Positions 18,505 to 28,549 of a stretch of DNA of 64,000 bases are shown one piece after another. Source of the DNA: Chloroflexota bacterium (lineage in GTDB: Bacteria > Chloroflexota > UBA11872 > VXNJ01); contig OZ253449.1 of NCBI GenBank assembly GCA_965261345.1, positions 1,632,001 through 1,696,000 on the forward strand. The letters are read 5' to 3'. Position 1 is the first letter of the stretch. Each line of letters opens with the position of its first letter. The notes under the pieces were generated by a model that saw only the letters and a program-made list of their open reading frames with translations, was not told the DNA's origin and searched no databases. The position numbers and the translations under genes are program-made.

Positions 18505-20220
18505 ATGAATTTAGCCAAGGCGACTGCCATCACGATCTCTAAGACCGAGGCATTTGCCCGGCGGGGAATGGTGGCCAGCAAGGATGTGCACGCCACCCGA
18601 GCGGGCCTGCAGATGCTAGAAGCGGGCGGTAATGCGGTTGACGCCGCGGTCGCTGCCGCATTTGCGATCGGCGTCGTCGAGCCAACTTCCAGCGGCATCG
18701 GCGGCGGCGGTTATCTTGTTTATCAGGTCGGCTCCAAGGGCGGCGTGATCGGATTTCCGATGAAGGGGCCATCGGCCGCCCGGCCGGGCATGTACGCGCT
18801 GTCGGGCCAGGATTCGGTGGGCAGCTTCGGCTGGGCCGGGGTGGTCGGTGACGAAAACCTGGTTGGTCCCAGATCGATCGCGGTCCCGGGGGCCGTGGCG
18901 GGACTCTGCCTGGCCCACCGGCGCCTCGGTCGATTGCCGCTATTGGAAGTAATGGATCCGGCGATCGCATTGGCCCGGGACGGTCACCGGCCTGGATGGC
19001 ACAACCTCTATGCATTGGGGATGGCGGTTCCCCAATTGCTCGGATTTGTCGAGCTTAGAAAGATCTTCATGCCCGGGGGCCAGCTCCCGGCGGGCGACCT
19101 GGCCAGCCCGGTTAGCTTCCGGCAGCCGGAACTAGCCGATGTGCTCGAAATTGTTGGCCGCGAAGGTCCCGAGGCGTTCTATGCGGGCGACGTCGCCCGC
19201 GCGATCACCTCCGACATCCAGGCCAGCGGCGGAATCATCTCAGAACGCGACCTGGCCGAATACCGCCCGTTCGATTGGGATGCGGGTCTCGAATTCCGGT
19301 ACTCGGGTCACACCGTGCGGGTGCCACCGTTTGCCTGTGCCGGAACCACCTCGGCAATGACCCTGAAGCTGCTGGACCGGTTTGCAATCGGGTCTGCGGG
19401 ACACAACTCAACCGAGGCGCTCCACGCCTACATCTGCAGCGCCCGGTTGGCCTATGCGGACCGCTACGAGCACTTGGCCGATCCAAATTTTGCCAATGTT
19501 CCATGGGCGGGACTGGTTTCCGATGGCTATGCCGACCACCGCCGCCGGACCGTCGCAAATCGCGTTCCCGACCCGGCCGAAGCGGGAAACCCGTGGGCTT
19601 TTGACGACGCAGTTCCAGGTGAGAAACTGGCGGCCAGCGCTCCGGCGTTCGACTCGGGAACGACGCATCTTTGCGTAATGGACGCTGACGGCAACGCGGT
19701 CTCGCTGACCAACACCCTCATGGCCAGCTTTGGGTCGGGGTTCGTACCCAAAGGCACCGGCGTCGTGATGAACAACGGCATGATGTGGTTCGATCCGATT
19801 CCGGGTCGGATCAATTCGATCATGCCGGGCAAATACCCGCTAAACAACATGACCCCGGCGCTGGTGCTGGATTCACAAGGCGTGAGGATGTCGGTCGGCG
19901 CCTCGGGTGGGCGGCGAATTACCAATTGCGTGACCCAGTTGATCTCCAAGGTAATCGACTTTGGAATGGGCCCGCAAGCGGCGATCGATTCGCCCCGCCT
20001 GGACTGCTCGCAGCCGATTACCGCCGTAGATCCGCGGATTCCACCCGAAGTTGTTGCCCGACTCCAAGCCCGCGGGCACCAAATCCAGGTCGCTAGCGAC
20101 ACCCACCTCGAGGGTGGATTTGCCAGCTTTGCCAGCCCCTTAGTTATCGTCGGCAATTCGGGCGCCGGATTCCGCGCCGGGGTGGACACGTTCCATTCGG
20201 CCCACGCTGAGGGGCTTTGA
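18505..20220 (+). CDS. ggt: Gamma-glutamyltransferase family protein
   Basis: GGNAVDAAVA, SGIGGGG, VPG, GTTHL nucleophile Thr, GASGGRRI. Confidence 0.93.
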   Translation: MNLAKATAITISKTEAFARRGMVASKDVHATRAGLQMLEAGGNAVDAAVAAAFAIGVVEPTSSGIGGGGYLVYQVGSKGGVIGFPMKGPSAARPGMYALSGQDSVGSFGWAGVVGDENLVGPRSIAVPGAVAGLCLAHRRLGRLPLLEVMDPAIALARDGHRPGWHNLYALGMAVPQLLGFVELRKIFMPGGQLPAGDLASPVSFRQPELADVLEIVGREGPEAFYAGDVARAITSDIQASGGIISERDLAEYRPFDWDAGLEFRYSGHTVRVPPFACAGTTSAMTLKLLDRFAIGSAGHNSTEALHAYICSARLAYADRYEHLADPNFANVPWAGLVSDGYADHRRRTVANRVPDPAEAGNPWAFDDAVPGEKLAASAPAFDSGTTHLCVMDADGNAVSLTNTLMASFGSGFVPKGTGVVMNNGMMWFDPIPGRINSIMPGKYPLNNMTPALVLDSQGVRMSVGASGGRRITNCVTQLISKVIDFGMGPQAAIDSPRLDCSQPITAVDPRIPPEVVARLQARGHQIQVASDTHLEGGFASFASPLVIVGNSGAGFRAGVDTFHSAHAEGL

Positions 20221-20500
20221 CTTCTCCCGGGTGGGCGGGAGTTGCCCGGCGGGACCAATGCTCCAATTGCATTGCAATTCCTGATCTAAGATGCTGCTGG
20301 CATTGCGGCCGGATGCGAAAGCAACGTCCCAATTGGGTTGCGCAACCGGGCTCAGTCCGGCTTTAAGTTGCCGTTCAGGCTTTGCCGAGTTGATCTGTCC
20401 GCTCGCTCGGAATTGATTGGGGTTGCGCTTTGTGCAGAATTTGAAACGCAATTAGTAACAACTGATTGCGACAGATCGTATTTCTCCCGAGGAAGCCCTA

Positions 20501-20998
20501 ATGACGGTTACTGATGAAGTATTGGCGAGCAACGCTCAATACGCGGCAAGTTTTGAAGTGGGCGGCCTCCCGATGCCGCCGGGACGCAAATTGGCGGTGG
20601 TAGCGTGCATGGACGCACGTTTAGACACCCACAAGCTGCTGGGCCTCAAAGAGGGCGACGCGCACGTGATACGCAATGCCGGCGGAGTGGTCAGCGACGA
20701 TGTAATCCGCTCGCTGGTAATTTCCCAACGCTTGTTGGGCACCCAGGAAATCGTGCTCATTCACCACACCGACTGCGGCATGCTCACATTCTCAGACGAT
20801 GCCGTAAAGGCCGCAATCGAGGACGATACCGGAATTCGTCCGGCGTTTGCCTTGGAAGCCTTTCCAGACTCGGAAAAGGATGTGCGCCAATCCATTGCCC
20901 GCATTAAGGCCAGCCCCTTTATTCCCTCAAAGGACCAGGTGCGCGGGTTCATTTACGATTGCGACACCGGTCAACTCAACGAGGTATCGCCCGCCTAA
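20501..20998 (+). CDS. Beta-class carbonic anhydrase (D clade)
   Basis: CMDAR, RNAGG, HHTDCG zinc ligands. Confidence 0.93.
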   Translation: MTVTDEVLASNAQYAASFEVGGLPMPPGRKLAVVACMDARLDTHKLLGLKEGDAHVIRNAGGVVSDDVIRSLVISQRLLGTQEIVLIHHTDCGMLTFSDDAVKAAIEDDTGIRPAFALEAFPDSEKDVRQSIARIKASPFIPSKDQVRGFIYDCDTGQLNEVSPA

Positions 20999-21498
20999 CC
21001 CAAGCGGGCGTGGCCCGGCGACCCATATTCACCCTGGGAAGTTGCGCCCGACCTAAATCATTCCGGCCCCAACCGAAGCGACCGCGGCCCGGCCCATCGA
21101 TTGAGAAACGCGTGCCAGGGCCAGTCGGCGTCGCCGCCGGTTGGGGCGCCTTCGGACGCGAACGGATTTCGGCTATATGCGGCCGCGGCAGCGCCGGTCT
21201 CAGGATCTCAGGTTGGCATCAGGTGCAGGCGAGAATCTCTCCATCGGGGCTTGGTGATTTCAGGGATCGTGGTCGATGTCGGGTGCGCAAATTTATTGGC
21301 CGCGCGGCAACGGCGAGCAGACCGACCTTGGGTTGATCAGCCATGGCCGGCCGGCGCCAAAAGCCGCGGTCGGCGGTATCTGGATCCGGTACTGCCTGCC
21401 GCTGGGGGTATCTGGCCTGACATTGCAACCTGCTCGCGCCACCTGGCGCCGTCCTCCCTGAACTGCCACCCGCAAGACCGATTCATAGGCGTCACAAT

Positions 21499-22092
21499 AT
21501 GGCCATAAATCAACCCGATGATTTTTTTGACAACCAGTTCACGCGCCAATTCGGGTTTCCCAAACGGGCCCCGGCGACCAAGTTGGAAGAACGGTTGCAG
21601 GGCGAGCTGCGTAAATTCATCGCCGAGTCACCCTTCCTGGTTATGGCCACGAGCGCAGCCGATGGCTCATGTGACGCATCGCCCAAGGGCGGCCGGCCGG
21701 GCTGGGTCAAGATCCTCAACGACCGGCAGCTCCTCATCCCGGATGTGGCCGGCAATCGGTTGTTTCAGTCGTATCTCAACATGGCTGAAAACCCGCAGAT
21801 CGGGCTGATTTTCTTCCAGCCCGGTGACAACGAGACTGTTCGGGTAAACGGCACGGTCGAGATGATCGATCGCGACGCGCTGGACGAGTTGCAGATCGAC
21901 CTGCAGGTCTTTGATCCGGACGAAAACGCCAGGATATTGCAGGGAATCGTGGTAACGGTAGCAGAAGCATACACCCATTGCCCGCGATCGCTGGTGTTCT
22001 CAAGGTTTTGGGATGGTGCCGGCAATCGACCGGTGCGCGGTGACCGCAGACTTCGTCGCAACAAGCAGCAACCGGGCTCCGATTCAACCTAG
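21499..22092 (+). CDS. Pyridoxamine 5'-phosphate oxidase-like FMN-binding protein
   Basis: FIAESPFLVMAT, DASPKGG, PDVAGN, VRVNG, YTHCPRS. Confidence 0.85.
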   Translation: MAINQPDDFFDNQFTRQFGFPKRAPATKLEERLQGELRKFIAESPFLVMATSAADGSCDASPKGGRPGWVKILNDRQLLIPDVAGNRLFQSYLNMAENPQIGLIFFQPGDNETVRVNGTVEMIDRDALDELQIDLQVFDPDENARILQGIVVTVAEAYTHCPRSLVFSRFWDGAGNRPVRGDRRLRRNKQQPGSDST

Positions 22093-22306
22093 AAAAAGCG
22101 CCCTGTTAAGACCGGCCCTTCAAGAATTTCAGCGCATCCGCAATCGCCTCGGCGTGATCGCGCAACCGACCTCAGGTCCAGTTGCTGGGATCCGGCGAAG
22201 ATCGGCCTTCCTGCCAATTGCCCTTGAAAACGGGAGCCGGTGCCCTCGGGTGCCGGCCCAACCAGATAGCGGCCCGCTCCTGGGGCAGCCCGCGCGGCGA
22301 AGATTC

Positions 22307-22729
22307 CTAACCTGAGACCGGATCGTGGTTGATCTGCCAGGTGATCCCGAATCGGTCGATGAACATTGGGTAATAGCTGCCCCAGTGCGCGTTAGCTAGC
22401 GGGGCGATGACCGTGCCGCCCGCAGACAGCTTTTCAAAGATTTGCTCGGTTTCGGCGCGGCTGGTGGGATGGACTCAGACTGAGAAGTTATCCCCCACGG
22501 TCAGATCGGGGCAGTCGGTCGATATGGCATCGCTGCCCATCAGGTCATTGGATCCGATCGGCAGGGAAACGTGGATTATCCGATCCCGGTCGGCTTCGGC
22601 GATCTCCAAGTTCAGGGGCGCTTGCCCAAAGGTTGCGATAAACGAAAAGTCCCCGCCGAACACCGACCGGTAGAACTCAAATGCCTTGCGGCAATTGCCG
22701 GGGAACGTCAGGTAGGGATTAATGACCGT
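22307..22729 (-). pseudogene. VOC / PhnB-family gene with an in-frame TGA at 22475-22477
   Basis: INPYLTFPGNCRKAFEFY..LMGSD..GDNFSV*VHPTSRAETEQIFEKLSAGG..WGSYYPMFIDRFGITWQIN, in frame to TAG at 22307; ACG at the expected start. Confidence 0.8.
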
Positions 22730-22958
22730 GGGCCGGTTCGCTTTTAAGGATTGGAGAATTGGACGCCGCGCCAATCCTACATTTCCCGCAGCCGGCCGAC
22801 AGGACGCCGTAAGGCGGCGGCGGGATCTACTCGGAGGCCGGATATGCCCGTTCCGGGCTCGTGTGGCTTTCTGGTGCCAATATCCTTAAATTACCGGGCG
22901 CGCTTTAAGTCCAAAGTGCACGGATAGCTTTCCGCCAACAGGTGGCCGAGACAATTTG

Positions 22959-24596
22959 ATGGTTCAAGTCAAGTCCAAATATTTAAGCCGCAGCAGGCTG
23001 ATCGCGGCCGTAGCGGTCGCGACGCTGGTCCTGGCCGCGTCCGGCATATTTACCTTGCCGACATCTGGGCAGACCGAAGACGCGGGTTGCGACCTTGCGC
23101 CCTGGCTGCGCGGGGCCCTGCTGTCGGCGCAGAACTACGACCTGCCCTCCTACAGCTGCGACGATCTGGAACTGCTTGACGGGGATGAACACGTCATCTG
23201 GGACTTTTCCCGGCGGAACCTAACTTCATTTGCAATAAGCGATGACGACTACGAACGCCTGCTTGACTTGAGCGACCTGCCGGCCGAGTCCGATCCGGGA
23301 GATCTCGACGGGTTTGGACGCAACGAGGATACCCGCTTGATCGACTTGACTGGAAACCCACTAACGGTGCGCAGCGTGGACTTTCGCAACATCCCGGTCG
23401 GGGTGGGCATCGCCCTCTCGGCGAGCAATGTGCAAACGCTCCGGGGATTCCAATCCGATGTTTACCAGCTCACCGAGAACTCTGTTGGCTACGTATCGAT
23501 TGCCCTGCCCGGAGTCCTGGACCGCGATGAGCAATCGATCGTTATCGACCCGGACCTGACCGGCGACACCGAACTGGCCTCGATCGGGCGCGACATGCTC
23601 TTGCACGGCGACGCCTACGGTGTTGTCTACTACTGGCCGGTCCATGTTCGATCCGACAACGAGAACGATTCGTCCGGGTCCATTTCGGTCGAACTGGACG
23701 AAAATTCGGCCGACAGCTACGATTCAGCCAACGGGTCGGGGCGCGGCCGGGCGCTCGATCTTTCCGATTTCCTAGACCATAGCGAAGCTGAACTCGACAT
23801 CGCCGACGCCGACTCCCCGCGGGTGGAGGTCTGCCACCGCACCCGGGTGGTCGAAGATGCCATCGAGGATGCGCTGCCCAGATCGATTAGGAACAACGGC
23901 TGCGACATTACCCTGGCTGACCTGGGCACCGTAACCGAGCTGGAACTCGAAGATGACGACGGCGAAGTCTTCGACCTTGCCGACGGCGACCTGGACGGCC
24001 TTACCGGAATTCGATCACTCGGGCTGATAGGGGTCGACGAGTTGCCGCGCGGGATTTTTGTTGGAGTCGGCGACATTGAACGCGGTCTGGTAATCGACTT
24101 TGCCGAAAATGATCCGGATCGCAGCGGCGACCCGGTGGCGGGCAACTACACTCCCAGCTCACTGCCCGGCCACATCCTCGACTTCCAGGAGCCGCACCAG
24201 ACCCTCCTGCTTTCGGGCGACCGGGTCGGGCGGACCAACCAGCCGCAGGTTACCGGATTGGATCGGGAAATATATTTCGCCGGCAATTCCGGTGATTTTG
24301 TGGCGCTGCTGCCGGTCTCCTACACCGGCGACGTCGACGAGGAATTGACCCACTATGCGATCGGGCGGCTCGGCGGACTGGGCTACGAATTCAACCGCGA
24401 TTCGATCCCGGTGGCCGATGACGTCCAGCTAGATGAGGTCGATGCGGAAGATGACGATGTCGCCTATCTTGCGGTCAGGATTTCCCAGGAGGAATTAGAC
24501 AGCGAAAGCACTGGGCAGCTGGTGCTGTTTATCTTCAAAGATGATTCTGAGGAATTTGACGGCCTGGTCGATTGGGCATACATAGACACTCGCTGA
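22959..24596 (+). CDS. Secreted acidic surface protein, paralog of 1650-4280
   Basis: Signal peptide; shared motifs IDLTGNPLTV, VCHRTRVVEDAI, ITLADLG, ELPRGIFVGVG. Confidence 0.8.
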   Translation: MVQVKSKYLSRSRLIAAVAVATLVLAASGIFTLPTSGQTEDAGCDLAPWLRGALLSAQNYDLPSYSCDDLELLDGDEHVIWDFSRRNLTSFAISDDDYERLLDLSDLPAESDPGDLDGFGRNEDTRLIDLTGNPLTVRSVDFRNIPVGVGIALSASNVQTLRGFQSDVYQLTENSVGYVSIALPGVLDRDEQSIVIDPDLTGDTELASIGRDMLLHGDAYGVVYYWPVHVRSDNENDSSGSISVELDENSADSYDSANGSGRGRALDLSDFLDHSEAELDIADADSPRVEVCHRTRVVEDAIEDALPRSIRNNGCDITLADLGTVTELELEDDDGEVFDLADGDLDGLTGIRSLGLIGVDELPRGIFVGVGDIERGLVIDFAENDPDRSGDPVAGNYTPSSLPGHILDFQEPHQTLLLSGDRVGRTNQPQVTGLDREIYFAGNSGDFVALLPVSYTGDVDEELTHYAIGRLGGLGYEFNRDSIPVADDVQLDEVDAEDDDVAYLAVRISQEELDSESTGQLVLFIFKDDSEEFDGLVDWAYIDTR

Positions 24597-24638
24597 TCCT
24601 CCCGCGCTAATTGGTTCCGGCCCGCGGTTGGAGAACAG

Positions 24639-25634
24639 CTAGCGGCCGGCCCGGTCGCGCCCCAGATCGATTAAGCAGCCGCCCCAGGACAGTCCCGCAC
24701 CGAAGGCCACCAGCATCACCTTGTTGGCCCCGGCCAATCGACCGTCGTTATCGGCTTCGGCCAGCGCGATCGGAATTGAGGCGGCCGAGGTGTTGCCGTA
24801 ACGGTCGACGTTGATTACGAATTTTTCGATCGGAATTCCAAGCTGATCGGCCGCCAGGTTGATGATCCGGACATTGGCCTGGTGGGGAATGATCAGGTCC
24901 AGATCCTCGAGGCCGACCCCGGCCTTGCGGGCGGTCGCCGCGATGGTGTCGGCCATTGCGGTGATTGCGAATTTATACACCTCGCGACCATCCATTTGCA
25001 GGTCCAGCGAGCCGTTGAACCCGGAATTGGCGGCCAACCGACCAAAGCTGTTTGACCGGTACAACGACTTGGCCCCGCCACCGTCGGATCCAAGCGAAAA
25101 AGCCAGGAACGAATCGTGCTGGCCCTGGCCATCGATTACCGCGGCGCCCGCCCCGTCGCCAAAGAGTACGCAGGTTGAGCGATCCGACCAGTCCACGATC
25201 CGCGACATTGTCTCGGCGCCGATTACCAAGGCGTTGCGCACCCGCCCGAGGTCAACCTGGGCGGTGGCCAGCGAAAGTCCGTAGATGAATCCGGTACAGG
25301 CGGTGTTGATGTCGACCGCCCCGGCCGATTTGGCGCCCAGGGCGTCCTGGACCAGGTTGGCCACCGCCGGAAAACCAAGGTCCGGGGTGATCGTGGCCAC
25401 GATCACCAATTCGACCGCCGACGGTTTCAGGCCGGCTTGCCCTAAGGCCTGCTGGGCCGCGCCCAATGCGAGGCTGAAAGTCGATTCGTCTTCGCTGGCA
25501 ACCCGCCGCTCGGTTATCCCGGTTCGGGAACGGATCCATTCGTCGGATGTGGCTACCATGCCGGCCAATTCGGCATTGCTGCGGATGTGGGTCGGGACCG
25601 ACATCCCCAGTCCGGCGATTCGGGCCCGCATCAT
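24639..25634 (-). CDS. fabH: Beta-ketoacyl-ACP synthase III
   Basis: TACTGF, LFGDGAGA, PHQAN, GNTSAAS. Confidence 0.95.
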   Translation of the reverse strand: MMRARIAGLGMSVPTHIRSNAELAGMVATSDEWIRSRTGITERRVASEDESTFSLALGAAQQALGQAGLKPSAVELVIVATITPDLGFPAVANLVQDALGAKSAGAVDINTACTGFIYGLSLATAQVDLGRVRNALVIGAETMSRIVDWSDRSTCVLFGDGAGAAVIDGQGQHDSFLAFSLGSDGGGAKSLYRSNSFGRLAANSGFNGSLDLQMDGREVYKFAITAMADTIAATARKAGVGLEDLDLIIPHQANVRIINLAADQLGIPIEKFVINVDRYGNTSAASIPIALAEADNDGRLAGANKVMLVAFGAGLSWGGCLIDLGRDRAGR

Positions 25635-26140
25635 GTGTGGGTGTACTTGCCCTGGTGGAACAAGAGCGACGGCCGGTCGCCGTGCTCTGCGGCGTGTACG
25701 ACCCGGCCGATGAACACGGTGTGGTCGCCGACCTCAAACTGCTGGTGGACCAGGCAGTCCAGGTGGGCGATCGCACCAGAAAGCAGCGGCGATCCCGTCG
25801 GCCCCAGTTCGTATCCGTGGCAGCTGAACTCGTGGATTGACTGGGCCGCCGAATCGGTGCTGGCAAAACCGGTCGAAATCTCCGACTGGTCGTGGGCTAA
25901 TACGCTCACCGAAAAGCGCCCCGCGGACTTGATAAATGGATTGCAGTGCGAGCTGTGGGCAATGCAGACGAGTACCAGCGGCGGGTCAAGACAAACCGAG
26001 GTGAACGAGTTGACGGTCATCCCGTGCAATCGGCCGTTGTCTGAGGTCGCCACGATCGTTACCCCGGTTGGGAAACGGCGCATCACCGATCTAAGGTCGG
26101 TTTCAACTCCCGGGCCTGGTTGGCCCATTTCAGCTTCCAC
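25631..26140 (-). CDS. Flavin reductase family protein
   Basis: FPTGVTIV, TVNSFTSVCLDPPL, GDHTVFIG; start uncertain. Confidence 0.9.
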   Translation of the reverse strand: MEAEMGQPGPGVETDLRSVMRRFPTGVTIVATSDNGRLHGMTVNSFTSVCLDPPLVLVCIAHSSHCNPFIKSAGRFSVSVLAHDQSEISTGFASTDSAAQSIHEFSCHGYELGPTGSPLLSGAIAHLDCLVHQQFEVGDHTVFIGRVVHAAEHGDRPSLLFHQGKYTHT

Positions 26141-26278
26141 CCTGGACCAATCGCCTAGCTTGAACAGCTTTTGGCTGGCACGGCAGGCAGGTTAGCCAAT
26201 TCCGGGCATGATCGCGGAGGTGCTAAGCTCAACTTCCGAGGACAAGAAATCAGCTGCGCGACCCCTTGCGCGCCTGCC

Positions 26279-26518
26279 TCATGGCTGGTTTTTGTCGATG
26301 TATCTGACAGCCTCACCGATCGAGGTGATCCCCTGGGCATCTTCATCTGGAATCGACAAGTCGTAGTGCTCTTCCAACTCCATGATCAATTCGACCAGGT
26401 CGAGCGAGTCGGCGTTGAGATCTCCCTGAAAGGTGGTCTCCATCGAAAGCGAATCCTTGTCGATGTTTGGCAGCGTGTTGGAAACGACTTCAACCACGTC
26501 GTCAAAAGTCGAGGACAT
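26279..26518 (-). CDS. acpP: Acyl carrier protein
   Basis: DLNADSLDLVELIMELEE; RBS GGAG then ATG at 26518. Confidence 0.95.
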   Translation of the reverse strand: MSSTFDDVVEVVSNTLPNIDKDSLSMETTFQGDLNADSLDLVELIMELEEHYDLSIPDEDAQGITSIGEAVRYIDKNQP

Positions 26519-26710
26519 ATTCGCAATGGCTCCCTTATCCCTACGGCGGCCATGCCCAATTGTGCGTTCGGCGCCGAGCGGCACAGGCACCCTTGGTGCA
26601 TTAGGCGAGATTCTATTTTGCCCAATTTGCAATCGCCCCGGCCGCCCGGCCAGCAATCTGGCCCGCGGCCGGTTGCCGGCGAAATACCCTGGGAAGCGCT
26701 GCGACGACTT

Positions 26711-27334
26711 TCAGAACGCGGCAATTACTCGCGTCTGCTCGATCCCGACCAGGTTGTAGGCAAGCTCCCGCCGCGGCTGACTGCCCGCTTCGCGGTCAAG
26801 GTCTTGGCGCTGCCCGGCCGAGAGGTAGAGCATGACCTGGCCGGGCGGCCGCAACACCGCCCGGCACAGTTCCAGCGCTTTGGGCGGCCGGGCCAGGGCC
26901 CGGGCGAGGGCGATGTCGAAGCCCGATTCAGGGTCGGCGCCGCGCGGCAGCCTGGCAACGTCTCCTTTAAGCGGAAAAATATTGGAAAGCTCCAATTCTT
27001 CCCTGATCTGTTCTAGGAGCCGGACCCGCCCGGCGCGCTGGTCAAGCAGCGTAAATCCGATGTCGGGCCGGGCGATCGCCAGCGGGATTCCCGGCAGCCC
27101 GGCGCCGGTCCCCACGTCGATGACGTCTCGCGGGAGATCTTGGCCATCGACTGGTGAGAGCAGCGGCAGCGCCGCCAAGCTGTCGCAAAGGTGCAGGTTC
27201 CAGCGGTTTGCGACGGTCGCCCGACCGATATATCCACGGGCCGCCGGGAGGCCGCCCAGCAACCGGTCGAAAGCGAGCAACTGCCTACGTTGCCCCGGTA
27301 AGAGCCCGTCGATTAGTTCGCCTGGATCAATCAT
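26711..27334 (-). CDS. rsmG: 16S rRNA m7G527 methyltransferase
   Basis: HLCDSL, DVGTGAGLPGIPLAI, ARA. Confidence 0.88.
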   Translation of the reverse strand: MIDPGELIDGLLPGQRRQLLAFDRLLGGLPAARGYIGRATVANRWNLHLCDSLAALPLLSPVDGQDLPRDVIDVGTGAGLPGIPLAIARPDIGFTLLDQRAGRVRLLEQIREELELSNIFPLKGDVARLPRGADPESGFDIALARALARPPKALELCRAVLRPPGQVMLYLSAGQRQDLDREAGSQPRRELAYNLVGIEQTRVIAAF

Positions 27335-27416
27335 CAGCGCGCGGAAGCCTGTTCAAGCAAGCTCGAAAATGTCCAATACATAATCATGAATTCTCTCGCC
27401 CGCTTGGAGACGGACC

Positions 27417-27899
27417 CTGGAGCAGCTTTGGAGTCCCTGGCGTATGCAGTACGTAAAGCGTGAGCGTTCCGACGGCTGCCCCTTCTGCATCGACCCCGAT
27501 CCCGAAATCGAGCTCACCGGGCTGATCGTAGCTAAGGGCGAGACCGTATTTGCGATCCTGAACCGATTCCCTTACAACACCGGGCATGTCCTGATCCTGC
27601 CCTACCGCCACCTGGGTGATTTATCCGACCTGGCCGCGGCCGAGATGAGCGAAATCGGCCAATTCTGCCAGCGGTCGGTGGTCGCGCTCAAGGCCGCCTA
27701 CCGGCCCACCGGGTTCAACCTGGGAGCCAACCTCGGGTCGGCGGCCGGCGCCGGGATCCCCGGGCACCTGCACTACCACGTGGTGCCGCGATTTGCCGGA
27801 GATACCAATTTCATGCCGATCCTGGGGCAGACCAAGGTGCTGCCGGAAGAATTGCCGGCCACGGTCGAAAAATTGCGCGATTGCTGGCCACAGCGCTAA
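27417..27899 (+). CDS. HIT family hydrolase (probable CTG start)
   Basis: EQLWSPWRM N-terminal motif upstream of the first ATG; CPFC, NRFPYNTGH, HLHYH. Confidence 0.9.
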   Translation: MEQLWSPWRMQYVKRERSDGCPFCIDPDPEIELTGLIVAKGETVFAILNRFPYNTGHVLILPYRHLGDLSDLAAAEMSEIGQFCQRSVVALKAAYRPTGFNLGANLGSAAGAGIPGHLHYHVVPRFAGDTNFMPILGQTKVLPEELPATVEKLRDCWPQR

Positions 27900-27934
27900 C
27901 CGCCCTCAAAACCGTTGATACCGAAGGAGCGTGG

Positions 27935-28480
27935 TTAGATCGACAGGTCGGGGTCGGGGATGGTACGGGCCTGGTCGATCGGCCAGTAAATTAGCAGAAC
28001 CTTGCCGACGATCGCCGCCCGCGGCACCGGCCCGAAGCTGCGTGAATCCTGACTGACCGACCGGTTGTCACCTAGTACGAAGTACGAATCGGCGGGAACC
28101 ACCAGGCCCTCCCAGCGGTTAGTTGACCCATCGCCGAGGTAATCGGATTCATCCAGTTTTTCACCGTTGACGAATACCGAATCGTCGCTGAATTGGATTT
28201 TCTCGCCTGGCAACCCGACAATCCGCTTGAGCAGTTCCTCGGTCGGATTTCCGGGTCGGTAAAGCACGATCACGTCGCCCCTTGCGGGTGATCCCAGTCC
28301 GTAGGAAACCTTGCTCACCAGCGCGTACTGGTTGGGTTGGAAATTGGGCTGCATCGATCTTCCTTCGATCGAAAAGGTCTGAATGAACAACCGCGCGGCA
28401 AAGAAAATGAACAGCGCCAGCAGCATCGTTTCGGCAACTTCCAACCAGATCGAGCGCCGATTTGGTGACACTATCGTCAC
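27935..28480 (-). CDS. lepB: Signal peptidase I
   Basis: SMQP, RGDVIV, LKRIVGLPG, GDNRSVSQDSR. Confidence 0.95.
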   Translation of the reverse strand: MTIVSPNRRSIWLEVAETMLLALFIFFAARLFIQTFSIEGRSMQPNFQPNQYALVSKVSYGLGSPARGDVIVLYRPGNPTEELLKRIVGLPGEKIQFSDDSVFVNGEKLDESDYLGDGSTNRWEGLVVPADSYFVLGDNRSVSQDSRSFGPVPRAAIVGKVLLIYWPIDQARTIPDPDLSI

Positions 28481-28549
28481 CGGCCGCTGGCGGTTCGGCG
28501 GGATAATCGGCAGATTGCGGGCACCGTAGCCTGCCAGGAGAATAAATCC

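Noticed and set aside
20221-20500. Palindromes upstream of the carbonic anhydrase (AATTGCATTGCAATT; CGCAATTAG..CTGATTGCG)
   Set aside because: No match to a riboswitch I recognise; too little support to call a feature
20999-21498. ORFs between the carbonic anhydrase and the PNPOx-like gene
   Set aside because: No recognisable motifs or RBS; likely spurious or decayed DNA
26171-27016. 281-aa + strand ORF
   Set aside because: Overlaps acpP and rsmG in antisense
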